Shown here: in pieces, positions 18,660 through 26,584 of the stretch
How the letters are laid out: each line of letters begins with the position of its first letter
How positions within the stretch are numbered: the stretch's first letter is position 1
Source: Candidatus Micrarchaeaceae archaeon
Lineage (GTDB): Archaea; Micrarchaeota; Micrarchaeia; Micrarchaeales; Micrarchaeaceae
DNA: 27,931 nucleotides
Direction: 5' to 3'
Assembly: GCA_038881415.1 (NCBI GenBank)
Contig: JAVZPY010000001.1
Span: 1 to 27,931 of the forward strand
Notes under the pieces: generated by a model
The model's database searches: none
The model's input: only the letters and a program-made list of their open reading frames with translations
What the model was told of the DNA's origin: nothing
Position numbers and translations under genes: made by a program

Positions 18660-20579
18660 TCATACATCCAAGAAAGATACCTCGCTCGAATGCTCTTCCA
18701 GGAATTTGCGCCTTGCAGAAACATCCGAACCCATTAGCGTTGAGAATATTGCATCAGCTTTTTCTACATCCCATATTGATACTTTTTTCAAAACGCGCTG
18801 TTTAGGGTCCATTGTTGTCTCCCAAAGCTGTTCTGGGTTCATTTCGCCCAGACCTTTATAACGCTGGACTGAAACCGGCTCCCCAAGTTCTTTAATTGCT
18901 GCATTGAGTTCGGAATCAGAGTAAGCATATTTTACAGTCTTGCCTTTTGTTATTTTGTAGAGAGGCGGTTGCGCAATGTATACATTTCCCCTCTCTATAA
19001 GAGCCCTCATGTACCTATACATGAAGGTCATAAGTAAGGTGCGTATGTGGCTGCCGTCTACATCTGCATCAGTCAAAATTATTATCTTGTTGTAACGCAG
19101 TTTGTTTGGATCGAATGATTCTTTTATCCCTGTCCCGAAAGCTGCCACCATCATATGCAGCTCCTTGTTTGAAAAGATTTTGTCTTCTGTAGCCTTTTCT
19201 ACATTTAATACTTTGCCTCTTAGCGGTAGTATTGCTTGATAGAACCTATCCCTGCCCTGCTTACTGGATCCTGCTGCGCTATCGCCTTCTACTATAAATA
19301 TTTCAGTTTTTTCTGGATTGCTTTCTGTACAGTCTGCCAATTTTCCAGAAAGCAAAGGCCCGTCAAATATGCTTTTCTTCCTTGAAAGTTCCCTGGCTTT
19401 GCGGGCTGACTCCCTTGCCCTTGCTGCAGAGTATACTTTTTCTAGTATTCTAGACGCTTCTATAGGATTTTCTTCAAGATACCTGCTAAATTCGGCATAT
19501 ACAATGCTGTCAACTATGCTTTTTACTGCCATGTTGCCTAACTTTTCTTTTGTCTGCCCTTCGAATTCAGGATTCTGAAGCATTATTGATATTATTCCAT
19601 ATAGGCCCTCCCTGACATCATCGCCTTCTATTTGAATGTTTTCCTGCTTCTTTGGATTCCTTTGTATGTAATTCGTAATTGCCCTTGTTATAGCTGCCCT
19701 GAATCCTGTTATATGGGTACCGCCTTCAGGTACCTTTATCTTGTTTACAAATGAGACGATATTCTCATTGTAAGCTGCCACGTATTGGAAGATTACAGTT
19801 ACTTCTGTGGTCTCCTGTGTTTTTGATATGTATATCGGCATCGATATCTTTTCTTTTCCTTCTGTTATGTATTCCAAGAAATCAGATATGCCATTTGTTG
19901 AAGTGTAAACTTTCTCATGCCGCTCTCCGTCTCTTGTATCGATAAGTTTAATTGTAATTCCTTTGTTTAGATAGGAAAGATCGCGCAACCTTTCTTCTAA
20001 CTCTATAGTATCAAAATTTAGCTGGTTAAAAATTTCGCGGTCTGGCCTGAACTTAATTGTTGTGCCGGTCCCGCCACTATCGTATGTGCCAATTTCCTCC
20101 AAGCTTGATACTGGTTGGCCTCTGCTGAACTGCTGCCTATATATTTTTCCGTCCCTGCGCACAGTTACAATAGTGTATTCAGACAGAGAATTGACAACTG
20201 TAAGCCCTACTCCGTGCAGGCCGCCAGATACTTTATATGCCTTGCTCTCAAATTTGCCGCCGGCATGTATCGATGTCATTATAACTTCTAGTGCCGGTTT
20301 ACCAAACTTTGGCATGATGTCTACCGGTATTCCCCTTCCATCATCGGATACTTCTGCAGTGTCTATTCCCTCTTCCCTGCCCAAAGTTATTGTTATATTG
20401 TGGCAATATCCAGCAATTGCCTCATCTATTGAATTATCTATTATTTCGTATAATAAGTGGGTAAATCCGCGGCTTCCGGTAGAGCCAACATACATTGCCG
20501 GGCGTTTTCTTATTCCTTGAGGGCCTGAAAGAACGGTAATGTCCTTTGCAGTATATCCATTAGAATCATTACTCTCCAT
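18660..20579 (-). CDS. gyrB: DNA gyrase subunit B
   Basis: EIIDNSIDE, DDGRGIP, HAGGKF, GGLHGVG, EGDSA, PLRGK, DADVDG, RYKGLGEM. Confidence 0.98.
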   Translation of the reverse strand: MESNDSNGYTAKDITVLSGPQGIRKRPAMYVGSTGSRGFTHLLYEIIDNSIDEAIAGYCHNITITLGREEGIDTAEVSDDGRGIPVDIMPKFGKPALEVIMTSIHAGGKFESKAYKVSGGLHGVGLTVVNSLSEYTIVTVRRDGKIYRQQFSRGQPVSSLEEIGTYDSGGTGTTIKFRPDREIFNQLNFDTIELEERLRDLSYLNKGITIKLIDTRDGERHEKVYTSTNGISDFLEYITEGKEKISMPIYISKTQETTEVTVIFQYVAAYNENIVSFVNKIKVPEGGTHITGFRAAITRAITNYIQRNPKKQENIQIEGDDVREGLYGIISIMLQNPEFEGQTKEKLGNMAVKSIVDSIVYAEFSRYLEENPIEASRILEKVYSAARARESARKARELSRKKSIFDGPLLSGKLADCTESNPEKTEIFIVEGDSAAGSSKQGRDRFYQAILPLRGKVLNVEKATEDKIFSNKELHMMVAAFGTGIKESFDPNKLRYNKIIILTDADVDGSHIRTLLMTFMYRYMRALIERGNVYIAQPPLYKITKGKTVKYAYSDSELNAAIKELGEPVSVQRYKGLGEMNPEQLWETTMDPKQRVLKKVSIWDVEKADAIFSTLMGSDVSARRKFLEEHSSEVSFLDV

Positions 20580-20668
20580 AAAACCAGTCTGTCTCTTATA
20601 TTCTTTTATTATTTTGTGTTTATAATACTTGTGGTAATTCGAGAAAAAGCACTAATTTTTGTGATTTA

Positions 20669-21073
20669 ATGGACGTAAAAATTTTATTGTTAACTATTTT
20701 TGTAATTGGGATAGCTGATGCTTCATACCTTACCTTTGCACATTATACGAATTCGCAGCTGTACTGCAGCAACTCTGGGATAGTTAACTGCCAAGAGGTA
20801 ACAACAAGCAGGTTCTCAACGATCTTGGGCGTCCCGATTGCACTTATGGGCCTTGTGTGGTTTGTAGTAGCATTCATTTTGTTAGTAGCTTATAAAAAGT
20901 TTTTAGTGCCGTGGCAATTTCTTGGGATAATGGGTGCAGCATATTCTATAAGTGCTATGGCCTCTCTTGGGAAAATCTGCGAATACTGTTCTTTACTGGA
21001 TGCGCTTTTGCTGATTTCTGCAGGTATTGTACTTGGATATGGATTGGAAAACAAAGGTAAGAAAAATGCGTGA
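20669..21073 (+). CDS. Vitamin K epoxide reductase (VKOR) family disulfide-bond formation protein
   Basis: Loop cysteines C.....C, S..S..LGVP.A..G, and CEYC active site before the last TM. Confidence 0.88.
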   Translation: MDVKILLLTIFVIGIADASYLTFAHYTNSQLYCSNSGIVNCQEVTTSRFSTILGVPIALMGLVWFVVAFILLVAYKKFLVPWQFLGIMGAAYSISAMASLGKICEYCSLLDALLLISAGIVLGYGLENKGKKNA

Positions 21074-22190
21074 CCGATATATACGCGACCCAATATTCGG
21101 AAACATAAAATTATCTGATACAGAACAGAGGATACTTGATACAAGGGCAATGCAAAGATTGAGGCGGATAAAACAGCTTGGGAACGCTTATCTTGTTTAC
21201 CCTGGAAGCACCCACACGAGATTTGCACATTCTTTAGGGACAATGGAGATAGCAAAAAGAATGTCAAACCAGTTGCTTGATGAAGAGCGGGAGGATCTTG
21301 CTTTGGTTGGGTTACTGCATGATGTAGGTCATGCACCTCTATCACATACGCTAGACAATATATACGCGGAATACTTGCATAAATCTCATGAACAAATAGG
21401 CCTTGAAATTATATCAAATTCTGAAATAGGGGATGAAATTAGTGCTGCCGGATTAACTAAAGCTAAATTTTCTTCGCTGTTTAATGGAAAGGGGGAAGGC
21501 AAGGTCATTACTGGCGCCCTTGGGGCAGATAGGATTGATTACCTATCTAGGGACGCATATTACACAGGGGTTGCGTTGGGCATAATAGATTTTAATAGGA
21601 TTATAGGCAAAATGGTAATGCATGGAAATACCCCTGCAATGGAAGAGGGCGGTATTGTAGGAGCAGAATCGCTACTCATAGCGAGATATTTCATGTTTTC
21701 ATCCGTTTATGCGCACCATGCAGTGGCGATAGCAAACTTAATGGCTTCAAAAGCTGCAAACATTGCAATATCTGAAGGCTATATAGACCCCAAAGAGCTA
21801 ATAGTTTTGGATGATAATAGGCTTGAAGCGAGGCTTATTGAGTCTCCCGCAAAGGCTATGCAGCAGAGGATAACGGATAGAAGGTTGTACAAGAAAGCAG
21901 TATTCACAGAACTAGGTGAAAATGAAAGAATAAAGATTTCTGAAATAGATATGCATCTTTCAAAAGCAGGCCTTGATTACGAGGATTATGTTGTTGATAT
22001 AATAACATTCAAGCCAGGAGGTGACATAGAAATCGTAAAAAAGAGCGGAAATAGTGCAGGAATGCTTGGGGAGCTGTCTGCTTTGGTCAAAACCCTTAAT
22101 GAATTGATGGGAAAGAAACGTATGCTAATAATCGCGTGTGACAGAAAGAATGAAAGCAAGGTTAAAAGAGTTATAGGTAAAATCTTATAA
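21066..22190 (+). CDS. HD-domain phosphohydrolase (SAMHD1/dNTP triphosphohydrolase-like)
   Basis: RDPIFG, QRLRRIKQLG, HTRFAHSLG, LLHDVGH.P.SH, D.DYLSRD; ATG 21066 overlaps the VKOR stop (ATGCGTGA). Confidence 0.9.
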   Translation: MRDRYIRDPIFGNIKLSDTEQRILDTRAMQRLRRIKQLGNAYLVYPGSTHTRFAHSLGTMEIAKRMSNQLLDEEREDLALVGLLHDVGHAPLSHTLDNIYAEYLHKSHEQIGLEIISNSEIGDEISAAGLTKAKFSSLFNGKGEGKVITGALGADRIDYLSRDAYYTGVALGIIDFNRIIGKMVMHGNTPAMEEGGIVGAESLLIARYFMFSSVYAHHAVAIANLMASKAANIAISEGYIDPKELIVLDDNRLEARLIESPAKAMQQRITDRRLYKKAVFTELGENERIKISEIDMHLSKAGLDYEDYVVDIITFKPGGDIEIVKKSGNSAGMLGELSALVKTLNELMGKKRMLIIACDRKNESKVKRVIGKIL

Positions 22191-22202
22191 TCGGCGATTT
22201 CT

Positions 22203-22277
22203 GGGCCCATAGCTCAGTCTGGTCAGAGCGGCTGGCTCTTAACCAGTAGGTCGGGGGTTCAAATCCCCCTGGGCCCG
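22203..22277 (+). tRNA. tRNA-Lys(CTT), no intron, CCA not encoded
   Basis: Acceptor GGGCCCA/TGGGCCC, D arm GCTC/GAGC, anticodon arm GCTGG-CTCTTAA-CCAGT, T arm GGGGG-TTCAAAT-CCCCC. Confidence 0.97.
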
Positions 22278-22362
22278 CAGCAATTTGATATAAGAATTGG
22301 ATAATAACAATTTGGCATGGCCGCTAGATTGATATGTATTTATACATAGTTTATTTCTGCGG

Positions 22363-23079
22363 CTATATGCTGCTTCTTTCTTTGCCTCTTATATCTGCAG
22401 CTTTTATATTTACTGCTTTTCCGGCACTTGCAAATTTTAATTTGAGAAGCTCTTCATAAAGTTTTGATTCTCTTGGGTTATCTGCTTTGTTTATTACCAA
22501 CCTAATATTATCCGCGTGTAAATCATTCACAGCAAGAGATATATCTGGCATTGAAGCTTCTACTTGCGATTGCACTACGTAACATTGAAACGGGTCAAGA
22601 TTTTCAGTTTTAAATGCAGCAGAATAATTTGGCTCGCCTGGTTTTACTATAAACAGATAGTGCTCTTTTTCGTTTTTTATGCCTTCCATCTTTTTGGCGT
22701 CCAATAATTTACCCTCAACTTTTAATTCCGGAAATTCTTCTGTTAAAACATTTAGCTGAATTTGCAAATTTTTGCTCTCTAACTCTTCTTTCGTGGAAAA
22801 CTCAATTGACTTGAATTGGTTTATGAGTGTTTCCTTGAGTTCTTCTTCAGCATTGCCATTATTTTTTATTACTGAAAACACTTTACCCATTGCTCCACAG
22901 TCTGTATGAGTGAAAACTGTTATTTTCCTTATGGAATTTTCCTGAACTGCATTCCTTATTTCATCTAATATCGGCTTTACATTTGCTCCAGCATTTCTGA
23001 TTACAAACATGTGCGGGTAATTCTTTTCTATGAATTCGTTAAATCTTCTATCCATGCAGAATATTCCAAGTTCTTCCAT
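22363..23079 (-). CDS. Beta-class carbonic-anhydrase-like zinc protein with an extra C-terminal domain
   Basis: CMDRR (CxDxR), RNAG, HTDCG (HxxC); ATG 23079 with GTGA SD preferred over 23097. Confidence 0.75.
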   Translation of the reverse strand: MEELGIFCMDRRFNEFIEKNYPHMFVIRNAGANVKPILDEIRNAVQENSIRKITVFTHTDCGAMGKVFSVIKNNGNAEEELKETLINQFKSIEFSTKEELESKNLQIQLNVLTEEFPELKVEGKLLDAKKMEGIKNEKEHYLFIVKPGEPNYSAAFKTENLDPFQCYVVQSQVEASMPDISLAVNDLHADNIRLVINKADNPRESKLYEELLKLKFASAGKAVNIKAADIRGKERSSI

Positions 23080-23107
23080 GAAATCACGCGCAAGCATACA
23101 AATGAAA

Positions 23108-23372
23108 GTGAACTACCCCGACCTTGCAGACGTAGCGAAAGCCCCATCCGCAACTTTTGAGTTTCCTGCTTCAAAGGCAATGCTTGCTTTCACATGCTGA
23201 ATGATTTTTATGTATTCGAGCATGATACTTGCAGACGCATAATCCTCTGAGATAGTTTAACCTGCGTTCCGCAGGCGAACCTTTTTGGCAATAACATTTA
23301 CAGCAACAACTATAAACACTTTTGCCCGTTTTCATCCCCTTGCCAAGTCAAGGGTACTTCCCGCTCACTCAG
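23108..23372 (-). mobile_element. Non-autonomous IS200/IS605 (tnpB/IS1341-like) mini-element: left end, decayed tnpB 3' region and right end
   Basis: Minus strand: TTTAA | CTGAGTGAGCGGGAAG-CCCTTG/CAAGGG hairpin-GATGAAA ... TGAAGCAGGAAAC ... GCAAGGTCGGGGTAGTTCAC end; frameshifted TnpB-like peptides KRFACGTQVKLSQRI and EDYASASI...ATSARSG*. Confidence 0.65.
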
Positions 23373-23378
23373 TTAAAA

Positions 23379-23386
23379 TTTATAAA
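23379..23386 (-). promoter_or_regulatory. Putative TATA box (TTTATAAA) with an A-rich BRE-like upstream sequence
   Basis: Consensus TATA just upstream of the mini-element left end, facing the CA-like gene. Confidence 0.55.
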
Positions 23387-23422
23387 TGCTTTTAGCGCAC
23401 CAAAATAGCTAATTTTTTAACC

Positions 23423-24595
23423 TTAAGGCTGCACCCAGTCTATTTCATAGTATTCATATTGGCTTCCTGGGAGCTCTATGCGTTTCACTTTGTAGTATGT
23501 AACGGCAGTCTCCCTGTCTGCAATTGCAATTATTAGTTCGCATCCGCTTTCTGAAGACTGCATTATAACTGAGGAGAGTTCTGCACCGCCTATATATTCC
23601 TCCTCACTCAATGATAGCATTGCAAGACTAGGCGTAGCATTGGAAGGGTTTTCAGTTCCTTGGCCCTTTCTATGGTAAAGATAGAAAGTTATGGGCAACT
23701 TCTTTTTCCTACTTTTTCCTGGTATTGCAAGTATGAAAGTTTTCCTTACCGAATGCGCCACCCTTATTGCGCGGGCCCATTCTGAAGTTAAGAGCTTCGA
23801 ATCGCGTGGAAATACATGCAATACGTGCTTTGAATGAAGCCATTCACTATTTTTATCCTCTGGAAGCGCGCCGGGAAAATAAATCCTGAAGTTAGTGCCG
23901 AATTTGAATCCTGTCTTTATTATATATCCCTTCGACCTCCAATCAACATATACAGAATACAATTTTGGGAAATCTTTCCTCCTTTCAGAGCATATGCGCA
24001 TTATGTCTTTATATGAAAGGTTGCGCACTTTTAGGATGCCTAGGTCCATCAAGAAAAGCGTTTCATATGCGTCCAATTTTGCCAGGCTTCCCCTTGAGCT
24101 TGCCTTATAGTTACCATACTGACCTATCCAAAACTTTCTATAAAGCTCGGCCCCACCTTCAGCTTCTTCTACTAGGGTTATAAGATCATCTGTAAAAAAT
24201 ATTCCAGTAAGGTTTTTCTGCGGAAGCTTGAGTTTTGATGCGGGATATTTTTTGGGCTGCTTTAACTGTTGGTGCTTAGGGGTGGAATTTGCCTCTGGTA
24301 TTTTTGCTATCAAACCGCGCTCACGCCAATCTTTGAATGTTAGATATCTTGCCATGAACTTTTTAGAAGAAGAGAACTCTGCGGCGAGTTCTGGCATGCT
24401 CAATGGTGTTCCATCTTTGTTTGTGCATTCTGCAGATCTAACATCCATTAGGTACATTGCTTCAACTATGTCGAGCTTTATTGTGCTGCCATCCCTTTTT
24501 CCTATATAGCCGTTTGTTAGGATGTCAACAGTGGATTGGTCTACAGCACTTATTATTCTGGTATGAGGATCGTATTGTATCTTTAGGCTTGGCAT
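23423..24595 (-). CDS. endA: tRNA splicing endonuclease, three-unit epsilon2 type (390 aa)
   Basis: KTGFKFGTNFRIY (Tyr), LHSKH (His), SVRK (Lys) triad; WIGQYGNYK loop; ATG 24595 overlaps the dph5 stop (TGATG). Confidence 0.92.
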   Translation of the reverse strand: MPSLKIQYDPHTRIISAVDQSTVDILTNGYIGKRDGSTIKLDIVEAMYLMDVRSAECTNKDGTPLSMPELAAEFSSSKKFMARYLTFKDWRERGLIAKIPEANSTPKHQQLKQPKKYPASKLKLPQKNLTGIFFTDDLITLVEEAEGGAELYRKFWIGQYGNYKASSRGSLAKLDAYETLFLMDLGILKVRNLSYKDIMRICSERRKDFPKLYSVYVDWRSKGYIIKTGFKFGTNFRIYFPGALPEDKNSEWLHSKHVLHVFPRDSKLLTSEWARAIRVAHSVRKTFILAIPGKSRKKKLPITFYLYHRKGQGTENPSNATPSLAMLSLSEEEYIGGAELSSVIMQSSESGCELIIAIADRETAVTYYKVKRIELPGSQYEYYEIDWVQP

Positions 24596-25359
24596 CACCA
24601 TTCCCCTTCTAGCAGCAGCCCTGTTAGCTCTGCCTCTATATATGTGAGCTCTGCAGGCACTATAATAGAATTCAGGCCATCAGTATATTTTATGTTTTGT
24701 GCATCAGAAAGCCTGCCTTTTACTACTGATTGACCTTCTATGCCTATGTTATGCAGAAATATAACCTTTGAGTTTTCATTTAGTATGCCTTTCTGGTATT
24801 TTTTCTCAGCTGCATGCATTACTTCGAATGCCTCTTTGAAACTCATTGAGCGGCTTTTCTTTGAGTCGTAATCAAATAGCAGCAACGTATGCGCCCCAGC
24901 TGTTGAGTTGCCCAGAACAGTTTCATAAAACGAAACAGGATGGTAATGCTCGCTCCACGACGGAACCGTGGCTATGCGCCCGAATCTATAAAAATCAAGC
25001 ATGCTTTCCCCAATAGCAGCTGAAGCTATTGAACTTGAATGAACAACAAGCCATTTAGCGCCGGCCTTTTTTGCCTCAGCTAGAAGTGTTTTGTGAGTTG
25101 TCGCTACCAGCGGATCACCCGGAACAAGTACTGCTACATCTGATGACACCGCTTTTTTTGCTAGCAAACTTGCTCCTTCTTCCAAATCGTATCTTGCTAG
25201 GGGCTTTGGCTCCACGCCTATTTCCCTTGAAACTTCAAGCAGGGACTCTTTTGAAAGCAGGCTTGTGTATGAATCTATGTATGCTTCAGAAGACGAGCAT
25301 ATGCGCTTCGCATTTGGGGATAGCTCGCCAGAAATGCCCATACCAACAAGATACAACAT
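24595..25359 (-). CDS. dph5: Diphthine synthase
   Basis: MLYLVGMG, D.YTS, GDPLVATTH, FYRFGRIATVP, HTLLLFD motifs. Confidence 0.93.
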   Translation of the reverse strand: MLYLVGMGISGELSPNAKRICSSSEAYIDSYTSLLSKESLLEVSREIGVEPKPLARYDLEEGASLLAKKAVSSDVAVLVPGDPLVATTHKTLLAEAKKAGAKWLVVHSSSIASAAIGESMLDFYRFGRIATVPSWSEHYHPVSFYETVLGNSTAGAHTLLLFDYDSKKSRSMSFKEAFEVMHAAEKKYQKGILNENSKVIFLHNIGIEGQSVVKGRLSDAQNIKYTDGLNSIIVPAELTYIEAELTGLLLEGEW

Positions 25360-25386
25360 CCTAGCACCAGTAAAAAGTAAAAGGCA

Positions 25387-26337
25387 TTAACTAGTTATGC
25401 CATCAGCAGTAATCTTTATGACGCATTCACCTTCGGGCATGGATGGGGAATCGACCAGCCGCACTATTCTCTTCTCATCCTTGCTTTTGCGCATGTAAAG
25501 CCTTGTTGTGGCTGCATGTGCTATTACATTGCCGCCTATTGGGGTAGTGGGATCGCCAAAAAGTATACCTGGATTATCCATAACCTGGTTTGTCATATAT
25601 ACTGCTATGTTATATTTGTCTGCAAGTGTTTGAAGCCTGTGGATGTGCATGTTTAACTTTTGTTGCCTTTCCCCTAGTGCTCCGCGGCCTACGAATTCTG
25701 ACCGGAATAGCGCAGTCATAGAGTCTACTACTATCAGTTTGATGTTATTTTCTTGGATTAGTTTGTCAGCCCTCTCCACAGTGAGTATCTGCTGGCTTGT
25801 AGTGAGCGCCCTTACGTAAGCTATTTTTGCCAGAACCTCTTTCGGATCCAGCCCCTTCGCTTTTGCAATCTGGGTTATACGCTCTGGCCTGAATGTTCCT
25901 TCGGTGTCTATGAAAAGGACACTGCCTTCAAGCCCGCCTTCCTTTCTTGGAAGCTGTACATTTACACTCAGCTGGAATCCTAACTGCGTTTTTCCGCTGG
26001 CAAATTTTCCATAGGCTTCTGTTATAGCATTTGTTTCTATGCCGCCACCTATCATTTCATCTAAATCCTCTGATCCTGTAGTTATTTTGCCTATTGCGTC
26101 ACGCCGCTCAGATACCTGAGCCCCGGTTTCATATTCTACAGTAGTAGATTCTTGTGCTACCTGCACGGCCTTTTTTGCCGCGTCTACGCTTATTCCAGTT
26201 ACTTCAGATAATTCATGCGGCGCCATTATCGCAACTTTATCGAGCGTGTCTATTCCATTGCTCCTTAATTTTGCTGATGCCGCTTCTCCTATACCTGGAA
26301 GGTCTTCTATTTCGCGGACAACCTTTTCCTTGGCCAT
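25387..26337 (-). CDS. radA: DNA repair and recombination protein RadA
   Basis: N-terminal HhH (LPGIG), Walker A GKFASGKTQ, FIDTEGTFRPER, Walker B IVVDS, TNQV, PIGGNVIAH; no intein. Confidence 0.97.
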   Translation of the reverse strand: MAKEKVVREIEDLPGIGEAASAKLRSNGIDTLDKVAIMAPHELSEVTGISVDAAKKAVQVAQESTTVEYETGAQVSERRDAIGKITTGSEDLDEMIGGGIETNAITEAYGKFASGKTQLGFQLSVNVQLPRKEGGLEGSVLFIDTEGTFRPERITQIAKAKGLDPKEVLAKIAYVRALTTSQQILTVERADKLIQENNIKLIVVDSMTALFRSEFVGRGALGERQQKLNMHIHRLQTLADKYNIAVYMTNQVMDNPGILFGDPTTPIGGNVIAHAATTRLYMRKSKDEKRIVRLVDSPSMPEGECVIKITADGITS

Positions 26338-26436
26338 TTAAACACTTAAGTATTAGACTATAGATATAAGGACTAAGGTTTAATAAAGATTAGCTTGCAT
26401 AAGCTTGAGAAACTAATAATGAATGGATTATAATGA

Positions 26437-26520
26437 AGCCACCCATAAGAAAGAGTGCCAGCGTGTTTCCACGCTGGCAAGGCGACCAGTTCTTCACGAC
26501 CTTCCTACAGTAGAGAACCC
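26437..26520 (-). ncRNA. Candidate structured small RNA upstream of radA, unclassified
   Basis: Perfect 10-bp stem TGCCAGCGTG-GAAA-CACGCTGGCA, flanking stems GGTTCT/AGAACT and GGTCGCC/GGTGGCT; TATA TTTAAATA (26549-26542) about 30 nt before GGG at 26520. Confidence 0.5.
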
Positions 26521-26584
26521 GTAATAACATATAAAATGATATATTTAAAAAACTATCTTATTAGTGGAATTTAAAGGTTGTGAT

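Noticed and set aside
23171-23335. 54-aa Cys/His-rich ORF (MKTGKSVYSCCCKCYCQK..., 9 Cys, 4 His) resembling a metallothionein next to a zinc enzyme
   Set aside because: It lies entirely within the mini-element; the Cys codons arise largely from a GTT/TGT-rich tract read in a shifted frame. Not supported without Ribo-seq or homologues, though exaptation cannot be excluded.
23108-23372. SRP RNA, RNase P RNA or riboswitch identity for the 265-nt end-paired region
   Set aside because: No proper SRP helix-8 CAGG/AGCA loop and no ordered RNase P CR-I to CR-V. The end pairing is explained by similar left- and right-end hairpins of an IS200/IS605 element.
25387-26337. Intein in RadA (also checked gyrA, gyrB and lhr)
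   Set aside because: Protein lengths are standard and motifs are contiguous; no Cys/Ser...His-Asn splice junction inserts.
26437-26520. HDV-like ribozyme, ZTP or preQ1 riboswitch, or SRP helix 8
   Set aside because: There is a P1-like stem with G-U followed by GG, but no room for P3/L3; ZTP and preQ1 cores are incomplete; the GAAA hairpin lacks the SRP54-binding internal loops.
26390-26530. 46-aa minus-strand ORF (MLLRVLYCRK...SQAYAS) with a hydrophobic C-terminus
   Set aside because: Its ATG lies upstream of the start site predicted from the TATA box, and the strong RNA structure explains the sequence better; it remains a weak alternative.
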